A stretch of 32,000 nt of DNA from Geotalea daltonii FRC-32. Lineage in GTDB: Bacteria; Desulfobacterota; Desulfuromonadia; Geobacterales; Geobacteraceae. Below are positions 15,301 to 22,281 of this stretch, piece by piece. Location: contig NC_011979.1 of the NCBI RefSeq assembly GCF_000022265.1, positions 1,500,001 through 1,532,000 of the forward strand, given 5' to 3'. Under the pieces are notes generated by a model, which saw only the letters and a list, made by a program, of their open reading frames with translations, was not told the DNA's origin and ran no database searches. A program made the translations under genes and the position numbers. Each line of letters begins with the position of its first letter. The first letter of the stretch is position 1.

Positions 15301-17120
15301 TAACCACCACCACATACAAGAAAGCAGCCTGCGGTGACTGTCACACCGGCTATGTTCAGGGGGCAACCGCAGCAGCAAATCACCTGAATACAACAATCGA
15401 AGTCAACACCGGCGGCTATCCGTCACCGAAAGCAAAAAACAGTACAGTAGGAAGCTGTGCCACCTCCTACTGCCACAGCTCCGGCCAGTCATTAACCGGT
15501 GGCGCAGCACCAGTCTACGGCACAGCACCGACCTGGGGTCAGTCAGTAGCCTGCGGAAGCTGCCATGCAACAACAACCCTGGCTTCCGGCAGCCACACCA
15601 AGCACTTCAGCGGCATTTCCCCGAATACGAACTGCGGCAACTGCCACGCCGGTGCAACCAGCACCAGCTATGCATCAACGCTGCATGTTGATACCTTCAT
15701 CAACGTAACCGGTGCCTATACACAGGGCAAGTCCCATGCGCCCGGCAACGGTTATGGTGCATGTAATGCCGCAAGCTGTCATGACAACGGCAAAGGCGTA
15801 CCGGCAGCGACCCCGACATGGGGTAACTCAACAGTACCTGCATGTACCGCCTGTCATACGCTGATCCCCGCTGATAACAGCCATAACAAGCACGTAACCA
15901 CCACCACATACAAGAAAGCAGCCTGCGGTGACTGTCACACCGGCTATGTTCAGGGGGCAACCGCAGCAGCAAATCACCTGAATACAACAATCGAAGTCAA
16001 CACCGGCGGCTATCTCTCCCCTAAAGCCAAGAACAGCCTGGTTAGCAGTTGTACTACTTCCAGCTGCCACTCAAATGGAAAAGGCAGCTCTCAATCAGTT
16101 ACCTGGGGACAGGCTTCACTTAACTGTAAGTCCTGCCATCCAGCCTTGGGTGGCGCACATTCCCGCCACATGGGTGGTTTCGACGGTGTCAACGCCATGG
16201 ATTGGGCCAACCTGCCCTTCTACCAGTATACCTCCACCAAATCCACTGGTGCTGACAGTGGTACGCCTGCCAACTATGCATTCGGCTGCGCCAACTGTCA
16301 CCCAATTACTTCTTTGAGCCATGTCAATGGCACCATTGATGTCACACTCGATACCACCGGCAACGTTAGTTCGCTGCGTGCGAAAAATGCTTCGGCAGGT
16401 TTCGCCGGCACAACGGTAGGTACTAATACTCTCAAGTGCCAGAACGTATACTGTCACAGTGACGGTAAGGGTGGGCAAACCACCACTTTGGCCTGGAATC
16501 AGACCTCAACTGCCTCCGAACGCTGCGCCAAGTGCCATGGCAATTCACCAGCTGATGCCACACATCAGGCTCATGTAAGTGGCGGAATTCATGCTGACAA
16601 TGTCTTCAACGGCACAAGCGGATTACTTTCTGCCGGCTCCACAGGGTCCGTGAGCCATGGCATCGCCGGCCAGCAAACGACAATCAACTGTAACATCTGT
16701 CACAGTGGAACAGTTACCTCTGCACGCAACGCTGCAAATAGTGCCTGTGTCTCCTGCCACGGCGGAGATGCATCGCCTGTCTACGGCTCCATTGCCGACC
16801 TGAGCAACCACGTCAACGGCAATGTCAATGTTTCCTTTGCCGATACGACCATCTACTCCAAGGCACAGTTGAGGCCTACCAGCTTCGCCGGATATACCAG
16901 CGGTACCGCAGGTTGGGTTCGCAACGGCGACAACTACAAAAATGGTGCAGCAGCCTTTGACTACTCTAAAAACAAGCTGGCTGCCCAGGCAACCTGGACC
17001 GCAGGTCCTGCTGGGCAAAGCTCCTGTTCCAACGTCGTTTGTCATAACATGAAAGCAGGCCAGCCAGCTGTAAAATGGAGTGATACCCTCTCCTGCGATA
17101 GCTGCCACACTAGCCTGTAA
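12342..17120 (+). CDS. Giant multiheme c-type cytochrome (1592 aa, about 44 heme-binding motifs) with internal tandem repeats
   Basis: The ORF-track frame opens at 12300. ATG 12342 sits 6 nt after AAGGAG (12330-12335) and gives a signal peptide MKTCHSAGYFKQLILFLLLSLMTVFVFTGNALA. My by-eye count is 30 CxxCH and 14 CxxxxCH. The protein is built from modules of about 99 aa: CxxxxCH, about 22-25 aa, CxxCH, a short [SA]HxxH segment, CxxCH. Confidence 0.9.
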   Translation: MKTCHSAGYFKQLILFLLLSLMTVFVFTGNALALTGNKIDSCSDCHGERLTGDVRPVDWGYRNISTGGVVGNHRTHMANGASVASCDTCHVKNTTFGHRDGKISFRADINASPATTTYLKAGVLGFVNQTSNPVMTNANCSNVNCHFETTSPSWGLTAAAAGLNCESCHNSANTSSAHTKHKEKYGSLGSNYLDSCSTCHPNRSTFSHATSANNAGRNIAITVSSYAGSNFKYLPSEAASRVLGSCNNLYCHSSGQSATGGSTPVYATPNWGDTASGACGSCHATTTLASGSHTKHFSGISPNTNCGNCHAGATSTSYASTLHVDTFINVTGAYTQGKSHAPGNGYGACNAASCHDNGKGVPAATPTWGNSTVPACTACHTLIPADNSHNKHVTTTTYKKAACGDCHTGYVQGATAAANHLNTTIEVNTGGYPSPKAKNSTVGSCATSYCHSSGQSLTGDAAPVYGTAPTWGQSVACGSCHATTTLASGSHTKHFSGISPNTNCGNCHAGATSTSYASTLHVDTFINVTGAYTQGKSHAPGNGYGACNAASCHDNGKGVPAATPTWGNSTVPACTACHTLIPADNSHNKHVTTTTYKKAACGDCHTGYVQGATAAANHLNTTIEVNTGGYPSPKAKNSTVGSCATSYCHSSGQSLTGGAAPVYGTAPTWGQSVACGSCHATTTLASGSHTKHFSGISPNTNCGNCHAGATSTSYASTLHVDTFINVTGAYTQGKSHAPGNGYGACNAASCHDNGKGVPAATPTWGNSTVPACTACHTLIPADNSHNKHVTTTTYKKAACGDCHTGYVQGATAAANHLNTTIEVNTGGYPSPKAKNSTVGSCATSYCHSSGQSLTGGAAPVYGTAPTWGQSVACGSCHATTTLASGSHTKHFSGISPNTNCGNCHAGATSTSYASTLHVDTFINVTGAYTQGKSHAPGNGYGACNAASCHDNGKGVPAATPTWGNSTVPACTACHTLIPADNSHNKHVTTTTYKKAACGDCHTGYVQGATAAANHLNTTIEVNTGGYPSPKAKNSTVGSCATSYCHSSGQSLTGGAAPVYGTAPTWGQSVACGSCHATTTLASGSHTKHFSGISPNTNCGNCHAGATSTSYASTLHVDTFINVTGAYTQGKSHAPGNGYGACNAASCHDNGKGVPAATPTWGNSTVPACTACHTLIPADNSHNKHVTTTTYKKAACGDCHTGYVQGATAAANHLNTTIEVNTGGYLSPKAKNSLVSSCTTSSCHSNGKGSSQSVTWGQASLNCKSCHPALGGAHSRHMGGFDGVNAMDWANLPFYQYTSTKSTGADSGTPANYAFGCANCHPITSLSHVNGTIDVTLDTTGNVSSLRAKNASAGFAGTTVGTNTLKCQNVYCHSDGKGGQTTTLAWNQTSTASERCAKCHGNSPADATHQAHVSGGIHADNVFNGTSGLLSAGSTGSVSHGIAGQQTTINCNICHSGTVTSARNAANSACVSCHGGDASPVYGSIADLSNHVNGNVNVSFADTTIYSKAQLRPTSFAGYTSGTAGWVRNGDNYKNGAAAFDYSKNKLAAQATWTAGPAGQSSCSNVVCHNMKAGQPAVKWSDTLSCDSCHTSL
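13173..16015 (+). repeat. 594-bp in-frame tandem repeat, about 4.8 copies, near-identical at nucleotide level
   Basis: The string gcctgcggaagctgccatgc recurs at 13173, 13767, 14361, 14955 and 15549 (period 594). Five near-identical antisense ORFs at 594-bp spacing in the ORF track confirm it. The repeat decays at about 16015, where ggctatccgtca becomes ggctatctctcc. Confidence 0.95.
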
Positions 17121-17144
17121 CAAATACCTCAGTTGTTATTCCAG

Positions 17145-17181
17145 CCGGTCCATCTGTAAGAGATGGACCGGTTTTTTTTTT
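17145..17181 (+). terminator. Rho-independent terminator closing the cytochrome unit
   Basis: CCGGTCCATCT (17145-17155), loop GTAAG, AGATGGACCGG (17161-17171): an 11-bp perfect stem followed by 10 T (17172-17181), 25 nt after stop codon 17120. Confidence 0.88.
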
Positions 17182-17549
17182 GCATCATTCACTCTTCCTA
17201 CTTGCTGCCTGGGGTGTCTGCAGTAATCTGTAATAAGTTTCACAAAGCGAACCCAAATTCCCCTTGCAGAGAACTTACCGCAGGGGCAACACAGCCGGGG
17301 GCCAAAAGACCCGAAATTATCCGGCAACTGCCAAACTTTCTTGTACAGGGGGTTGAACTGAGGATTAAAGGGAGGGCAAAGGAATTCTTGAGATGATTAG
17401 CGATGACTAGCCGGAGAACGGCAGGACTTCGGAGCGAGTTTAAGCTACCAGTCGAAAATAAGCAGAAGCAGAGAAAAGGAGTGCTGACCAAGAAACAGTG
17501 ACAGCCAAGCTGGTGGAAGATGTGGGTTTAAGATGATCAAGGCACCTGA

Positions 17550-18788
17550 TTATCGGGCATCTGACTGGATAACATCGAAATCTGTCTGATCAAGCCCTAC
17601 ATCGGGTTTGAACGGCATCCCATTTTTGGGGTCTGTACCGGCCATGCCGATTGCCAAAATAATATAATCGCGCCCCTGGGGCATAATCGGTCGTGGTCCC
17701 CATTGCAGGAAAATAACTCGATTGTCTTTGCTATAAAGGGGCACCCTTTCCTTTTCTTCTGCAAATTGCCCTTCTTTATTGGAAAAGTAGACAAGGTTCG
17801 GTTTATTGTCCCCTATCCACTCAATGAAATTGGCCAGACCCGAAAATTTATTCTGTTCGCCGAGGATAACCGGATTACCAATATCGTACATGCCAGCATA
17901 AGAATATTGCTGAGGATCTAAAGATCCTTCAAAGTTAAAAAGCCTCCCCCTGGCCCAGCCAATATTGCCGCCTGAACTGCCGAATTGCCCTACCCAGGGC
18001 TCGTCGCCATAAACATAATAATAGTAGGCAGGGTCATTTCCAATGTTGCTTATCTTCATCATCAAGATGAAATAATTTTCGCCGGCCCGAAAAACTGCAT
18101 ATCGATCAACGCGCAGGGTTGTTGTGCCGAAAGGAAATTTGTGACTGCTGCGTATGATAAGTTTTTTGCTGTCGCTGAACAGAATCTTGCTGTTCAAGAA
18201 TTGCCACGTCGAGGGATCATGCTTTTCCTCCGCTGAGGAAGCGATGGTTTCATTGGCATTACACCAAAGATGATGCCATTGTTTGCCGTCGAAATGGGCC
18301 ATGCCTGTGGCACTCATGGTGAGTTGCGCATTGTCATGCTTGGAGTAGGGCAGACCGCCACCGAGAAAAAGACCTTTCGGAATTTCCCCCTGGCTGTCTC
18401 GGAATCGGCTGAAACAGGTCAAAAGCTGGGTGCCGTCTTCCCTGTAATTAAATATGTAGCCACTGCCATTCCTTTCATTCCAGCTGTAGGAGAGATGGGA
18501 GTGGTTTGGTTTGTGGCTGTGTTCGTAACGGAACAGGTCCAGAATCGGGTCAAGTTCGAACTTTGCCAACAGCCGATTTTCTTCACCTAGCAGCAGGTCG
18601 CTTTTCAGGTCGAACAATCGCCCTCTGTCGCATCTGAGGAGATAAAGGCCGTGCAGGTCGTCCGAAAAATCAAAATGTCCGGCAGCATATATGAAAATGA
18701 CAGTAATTACTGCAATCACGGTAGCAGCCAACAGCTTTATCTGTTTTACCCAGGTGAGAAGAGGCGAAAGTAAAGAGTAAAGTTTCAT
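17550..18788 (-). CDS. Hypothetical membrane-anchored protein (family not recognised)
   Basis: ATG 18788 is preceded by AGGAGG on the minus strand (plus-strand cctcct 18800-18805). The long ORF has one N-terminal hydrophobic helix (LLAATVIAVITVIFIYAAG). The rest is Trp/Tyr/Gly-rich and predicted to lie outside the cytoplasm. No motif recognised. Confidence 0.7.
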   Translation of the reverse strand: MKLYSLLSPLLTWVKQIKLLAATVIAVITVIFIYAAGHFDFSDDLHGLYLLRCDRGRLFDLKSDLLLGEENRLLAKFELDPILDLFRYEHSHKPNHSHLSYSWNERNGSGYIFNYREDGTQLLTCFSRFRDSQGEIPKGLFLGGGLPYSKHDNAQLTMSATGMAHFDGKQWHHLWCNANETIASSAEEKHDPSTWQFLNSKILFSDSKKLIIRSSHKFPFGTTTLRVDRYAVFRAGENYFILMMKISNIGNDPAYYYYVYGDEPWVGQFGSSGGNIGWARGRLFNFEGSLDPQQYSYAGMYDIGNPVILGEQNKFSGLANFIEWIGDNKPNLVYFSNKEGQFAEEKERVPLYSKDNRVIFLQWGPRPIMPQGRDYIILAIGMAGTDPKNGMPFKPDVGLDQTDFDVIQSDAR

Positions 18789-19184
18789 GATTTAGAGGTC
18801 CTCCTGTTAGACAGGCAATAAGAGGCACTGGCTTTTAAATTGAATGAAGGGTACACATTCACTGGAACCAGTCTCATTAGATTTTAAATGAGCACGCAAT
18901 TCCATTCAACAGGAATATGAACAAGGAGTGTTAATTTCTCTTACGAACATGACACGGCAGGCACATGTAAATATGGGTCGGGGAAACGCAGAAGGGAGTT
19001 TGATGCAGGAATGGTTGAGGCTCTATTTGCCTGATCCAGGCAGCATGCAGGGAACTAAGGCTGTCAGAATCCATATTGGAGCAGTGGGAGGCGCTACTGC
19101 TCGCAGGTGTCGTTTGCCACGATTAACATGCTGCTTGCAGAACCGGCAGTTTCTGAATAGTTATGAAGGATGTCCTTGTATCAC

Positions 19185-20291
19185 TCAGACCTTCACAAGA
19201 ATATAACGTCTAGTGCCGATATTGAGTTTTTGAGCATACTCAAGCTGAATTTCCCAATCAATCTCGGGGTGGACGCCACGAAATTTGTCTTCTCCAGGTT
19301 CAAAACCGGTCTGAAGGGCGGTGTTCCTGTTGCCGGGCGCCCCGTTTACCAGATCGGCACAAGCCTGGTCAAGGGCCACAGGATCGGTGGATGCGCAGAT
19401 GCCTATGTCATTGACAATGGGTGCATCTGCATGACCATAGCAGTCGCATGAAGGTGATACCTGGGTGATGAAATTAAGGTAGATATTCTTGTCTTCTTTG
19501 CCGAGAACTGCGCCCTTTGCATGTTCGCACATCTTTTTCATGATGAGCTCCGAGGCTTCGTTCCACTGGATATTTACCGCTTGCTGCATGCAGGCGGTGA
19601 CACAACGTCCGCAGCCAACACATTCTTCCTGATCGATGGCGGCCTTTCCTTCGATTATGGCAATGGCATCATGGGCACAGGATTTCAGGCAGGCACCACA
19701 GCCTGTACAGAATTCCTCAGCTATTTCAGGGGCAACAGTTGAATGCTGAACAAGTTTTCCGTTACGGCTGGAGCAGCCCATGCCGAGGTTTTTTAAGGCA
19801 CCGCCAAACCCTGTCAAGTCGTGGCATTTAAAATGGGAGACGGTTACCATGACGTCGGCTTCAACAATTTCCCGGCCTATGCTGACACTTTTCAGAATTT
19901 CACCATCGATTGCAATGTCGACCGCGGAATGTCCACGCAGGCCATCGCACATGATAAGTGGGGCATTGACAACTGCAAAGGCAAAACCGTTTTCGACAGC
20001 GCAGGTAAGAGCTGAGACAGCTTCTTTCCGCTCTCCCGGGTACAGCGTGGACGAGTCGGTCAGAAAAGGCTGGCCGCCGCTGGCTTTTATTTCATCGACA
20101 ATCCTTCGGATGAAGACGGGACGGATAAAGGTGTGGTTTCCCCGCTCACCAAAATGGAGCTTTACTGCCACCAGATTGCCGGTTGAGATGCGATCTTTAA
20201 TGCGACACTTGTTGAGCAGAGTGCTGATTTTGTCAAAAAGACTATGTCCGCGGCCCGCCCGCATATCAGTGAAAAAAACAGGGCATTTCAT
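19185..20291 (-). CDS. DUF362-domain protein with a 2x[4Fe-4S] ferredoxin-type insert
   Basis: The ORF-track frame starts on TTG at 20366. ATG 20291 (MKCPVFFTD...) with an upstream GAGG is preferred. Two CxxCxxCxxxC motifs (CTGCGACLKSC, CVGCGRCVTAC). The flanking sequence (VAVKLHFGE, PFLTDSS, SHFKCH) resembles the DUF362 family. Confidence 0.8.
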   Translation of the reverse strand: MKCPVFFTDMRAGRGHSLFDKISTLLNKCRIKDRISTGNLVAVKLHFGERGNHTFIRPVFIRRIVDEIKASGGQPFLTDSSTLYPGERKEAVSALTCAVENGFAFAVVNAPLIMCDGLRGHSAVDIAIDGEILKSVSIGREIVEADVMVTVSHFKCHDLTGFGGALKNLGMGCSSRNGKLVQHSTVAPEIAEEFCTGCGACLKSCAHDAIAIIEGKAAIDQEECVGCGRCVTACMQQAVNIQWNEASELIMKKMCEHAKGAVLGKEDKNIYLNFITQVSPSCDCYGHADAPIVNDIGICASTDPVALDQACADLVNGAPGNRNTALQTGFEPGEDKFRGVHPEIDWEIQLEYAQKLNIGTRRYILVKV

Positions 20292-20404
20292 GGGGTTTGA
20301 CCTCGTTAAAGTATATAAATCAGGTGGCGTGATGGTGTATTTAACATATAAATAAAGGCTTTTCAACGGTTCGGACGGGATCGGGAGAAAGTTTTTCTTG
20401 CGGT

Positions 20405-20420
20405 TGGCGCAAAATGTGCT
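20405..20420 (+). promoter_or_regulatory. Candidate sigma-54 (-24/-12) promoter upstream of the tandem receiver gene
   Basis: TGGCGCAAAATGTGCT: GG (20406-20407) and GC (20418-20419) at consensus spacing, -24 box 5/6, -12 box GTGCT against TTGCW. Located 38 nt upstream of ATG 20458. An overlapping sigma-70 reading (TTGCGG, 16 nt, TATTAC) is also possible. Confidence 0.35.
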
Positions 20421-20457
20421 ATTACATTAGAAAATTATACTGGCTACGAGGAATTTC

Positions 20458-21192
20458 ATGAAAGAATGCTCTGAGCGCGAACTCTGGATTTTAGGCTTGG
20501 GCGAAAATCCGGGAAGAGGAGCGCTGATCTGCAGTTACCTTGCTGAAGCCGGTTACTGGGCGAGAACAGCCACTCTATCCGAGCTTCCAACCTGTAAGCC
20601 GCTTGGCATACTGCTGGACATCTCCCCCTATGCCAAAGACGGCTGGGGGATTCTGCTGGAGATCAAAAACAATCCTGAGACCCGCGATATACCGGTGCTT
20701 CCTCTCTATCTCAGTGAAGAAGGAAAAGTGGGTGAAGTTTTTCCTGTCGCCGGTTTTTTTACCCTGCCCATCGATCCCGAATACGTAATGGAGCGGTTGG
20801 CGGTATTCGGCCTCATCGACGATATAGAGGATTATGATCTGCAGGTCCTTGTCATTTCCCGCAAAGGGGAGGAACAGGTGGCAAAGACACTGCAAAACCT
20901 TGGCTTTGAAGCTGTTAATGCATATACGGGCAAGGAAGGTGTAGCGGTCGCCACCATCAGCCACCCTTATCTGATTTTCAGCACTCTCATGCTGCAGGAC
21001 ATGGGTGCCTTTGAAATTCTTGAGCGCTTTCGTCTCTATCCGCAGACACGCAACATCCCATTTTTCATCCTCCTGAAAGACAACATGAAGGCTGGGGAGC
21101 GAACTGCCATGAGCCGCCAGGTAGACCACCTGGTGAGGAAAAAGGTACTTTCAAAAGAGGAATTTCTCAGCTATCTGCGCAAGAAGATGTAA
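20458..21192 (+). CDS. Stand-alone protein with two degenerate receiver (REC)-like domains
   Basis: The first half, LGILLDISPYAKDGWGILLEIKNNPETRDIPVLPL, resembles the REC phospho-acceptor region. The second half, LIFSTLMLQDMGAFEILERFRLYPQTRNIPFFILL, has the same layout but Ser/Thr where the acceptor Asp is expected. No output domain. Confidence 0.55.
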   Translation: MKECSERELWILGLGENPGRGALICSYLAEAGYWARTATLSELPTCKPLGILLDISPYAKDGWGILLEIKNNPETRDIPVLPLYLSEEGKVGEVFPVAGFFTLPIDPEYVMERLAVFGLIDDIEDYDLQVLVISRKGEEQVAKTLQNLGFEAVNAYTGKEGVAVATISHPYLIFSTLMLQDMGAFEILERFRLYPQTRNIPFFILLKDNMKAGERTAMSRQVDHLVRKKVLSKEEFLSYLRKKM

Positions 21193-21215
21193 ATCACACT
21201 CAGCAGAATTTTTGG

Positions 21216-21250
21216 AGAGTGGAGCAGCCAATTGCTCCACTCTTTTTTTT
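21216..21250 (+). terminator. Rho-independent terminator between convergent genes
   Basis: AGAGTGGAGCA (21216-21226), loop GCCAAT, TGCTCCACTCT (21233-21243), then a T-run to 21250. Confidence 0.8.
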
Positions 21251-21264
21251 CAGCGTCAAACCGG

Positions 21265-22230
21265 TTATTGCTCCTCAACCACTTTCCAGGTTAGATCAGG
21301 GTTATAAGCTTTCATTGCCCTGGCAATCCGTGTTGTCTCCGGGCCGAGGTTTTTCTGGTAAACCCGGCCTCGCTGATTGACGATGAAGGTCATGATGCCG
21401 GATACTCCCCATCGGGCGGGATAAGCAATTAAAGCGTGTCCTGCAACCATGTTGCCGTTGATGATATAGCTGAACCTGCCGCCGGGGGCGCTGGCTCCTT
21501 GTTGCTTCAAAATATGGAAATAATAACCGTTGATCGGTCTTGATCCGTTTTCGCCTTTTGCCCGTTCCTGCATATACCCTTTTTCTTTGGCCTTGGTTAT
21601 GAGCGGCCCCAGCGGGCTCTCCTTGGAACCGGGCAGTGTCGGCCAGTATAACCCGTCATGCCTTCCTTGGGAGCTGATAAGGCGCTGAGCATATTTGGGA
21701 ATCTGCACTCCATCAGGTTCAGGCATGTTGTAGTACTCCCGCTGTGCTTCCACATAAGCCAGGCAAGCATTGATGGCCAGCAGTTCATTTCGCCCGATTC
21801 GACGATTGAGGATCTCATCGCGTCCTGCTTTTGTGTCAAAGAGCCAACCATTCCCCTTGCGGATGACCGGCACGGGGAACGGCCATTTTTCTTTGCCTAT
21901 CTTCAGTATAGCCCTGTAATCCCCTTCCATGACCAATTCGGCGCCTTCTTTGAGATGCCGGGAAAAATGCCCGAACTCTTCAGATCGCTGGACTGGGTCT
22001 CCAGGATCAAGGTCCTGATAGCCTGAGCCGAACATTTTTTTCAGCTCTAGAAAATTTCTCGAATCAACTGCAGCTGTCAGTCTTTCTCTCGCTTCTTCGG
22101 GTGAGGTGAATATCTGCTGGTCGTAATCCTTCTCCAGGGCGCGAATTTGCAGGGGAAAAAGCAGCAATAGCAGCATGATTGGCACAGCAAGCATTGCCGG
22201 GTGCTTGGTTGTAAAAGAAGTTTTGGGCAT
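21265..22230 (-). CDS. DUF2950-family secreted protein
   Basis: Signal peptide. Motifs KYAQRLISSQGRHDGLYWP, INGYYFHILKQQG, GGRFSYIINGNMVAGHALIAYPARWGVSGIMTFIVNQRGRVYQKNLG match my memory of the DUF2950 family. It sits directly downstream of a DUF3300 gene, the usual pairing. Confidence 0.75.
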   Translation of the reverse strand: MPKTSFTTKHPAMLAVPIMLLLLLFPLQIRALEKDYDQQIFTSPEEARERLTAAVDSRNFLELKKMFGSGYQDLDPGDPVQRSEEFGHFSRHLKEGAELVMEGDYRAILKIGKEKWPFPVPVIRKGNGWLFDTKAGRDEILNRRIGRNELLAINACLAYVEAQREYYNMPEPDGVQIPKYAQRLISSQGRHDGLYWPTLPGSKESPLGPLITKAKEKGYMQERAKGENGSRPINGYYFHILKQQGASAPGGRFSYIINGNMVAGHALIAYPARWGVSGIMTFIVNQRGRVYQKNLGPETTRIARAMKAYNPDLTWKVVEEQ

Positions 22231-22281
22231 GGCAGGATCCTTTCCAGAAGGAGCAAGTGCAATGAAAACTGTAATAGGCGG

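Noticed and set aside
13324-15990. Five near-identical 96-aa ORFs on the minus strand at 594-bp spacing (13324, 13918, 14512, 15106, 15700)
   Set aside because: They are the antisense shadow of the tandem repeat inside the plus-strand cytochrome gene. The plus-strand frame carries the signal peptide and dense heme motifs, and the antisense products are Cys/Arg-rich nonsense.
13173-16015. Possibility that the regular repeat array is a CRISPR or a non-coding satellite
   Set aside because: The units are 594 bp long and directly abutting with no spacers. The period is a multiple of three, and the array stays in one long open frame encoding heme motifs.
17163-17396. 77-aa plus-strand ORF after the cytochrome gene
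   Set aside because: It begins inside the terminator hairpin and T-run, has no RBS, and its product looks implausible.
18789-19184. Looked for a cyclic-dinucleotide (GEMM-I type) riboswitch, common before Geobacter surface-protein genes; also checked 5868..6188
   Set aside because: I could not find the conserved GCACAGGGCAAACC or GGGACGCAAAGCC blocks on either strand. Only a loose GGCAAAC match is present. A covariance-model scan would be needed to be certain.
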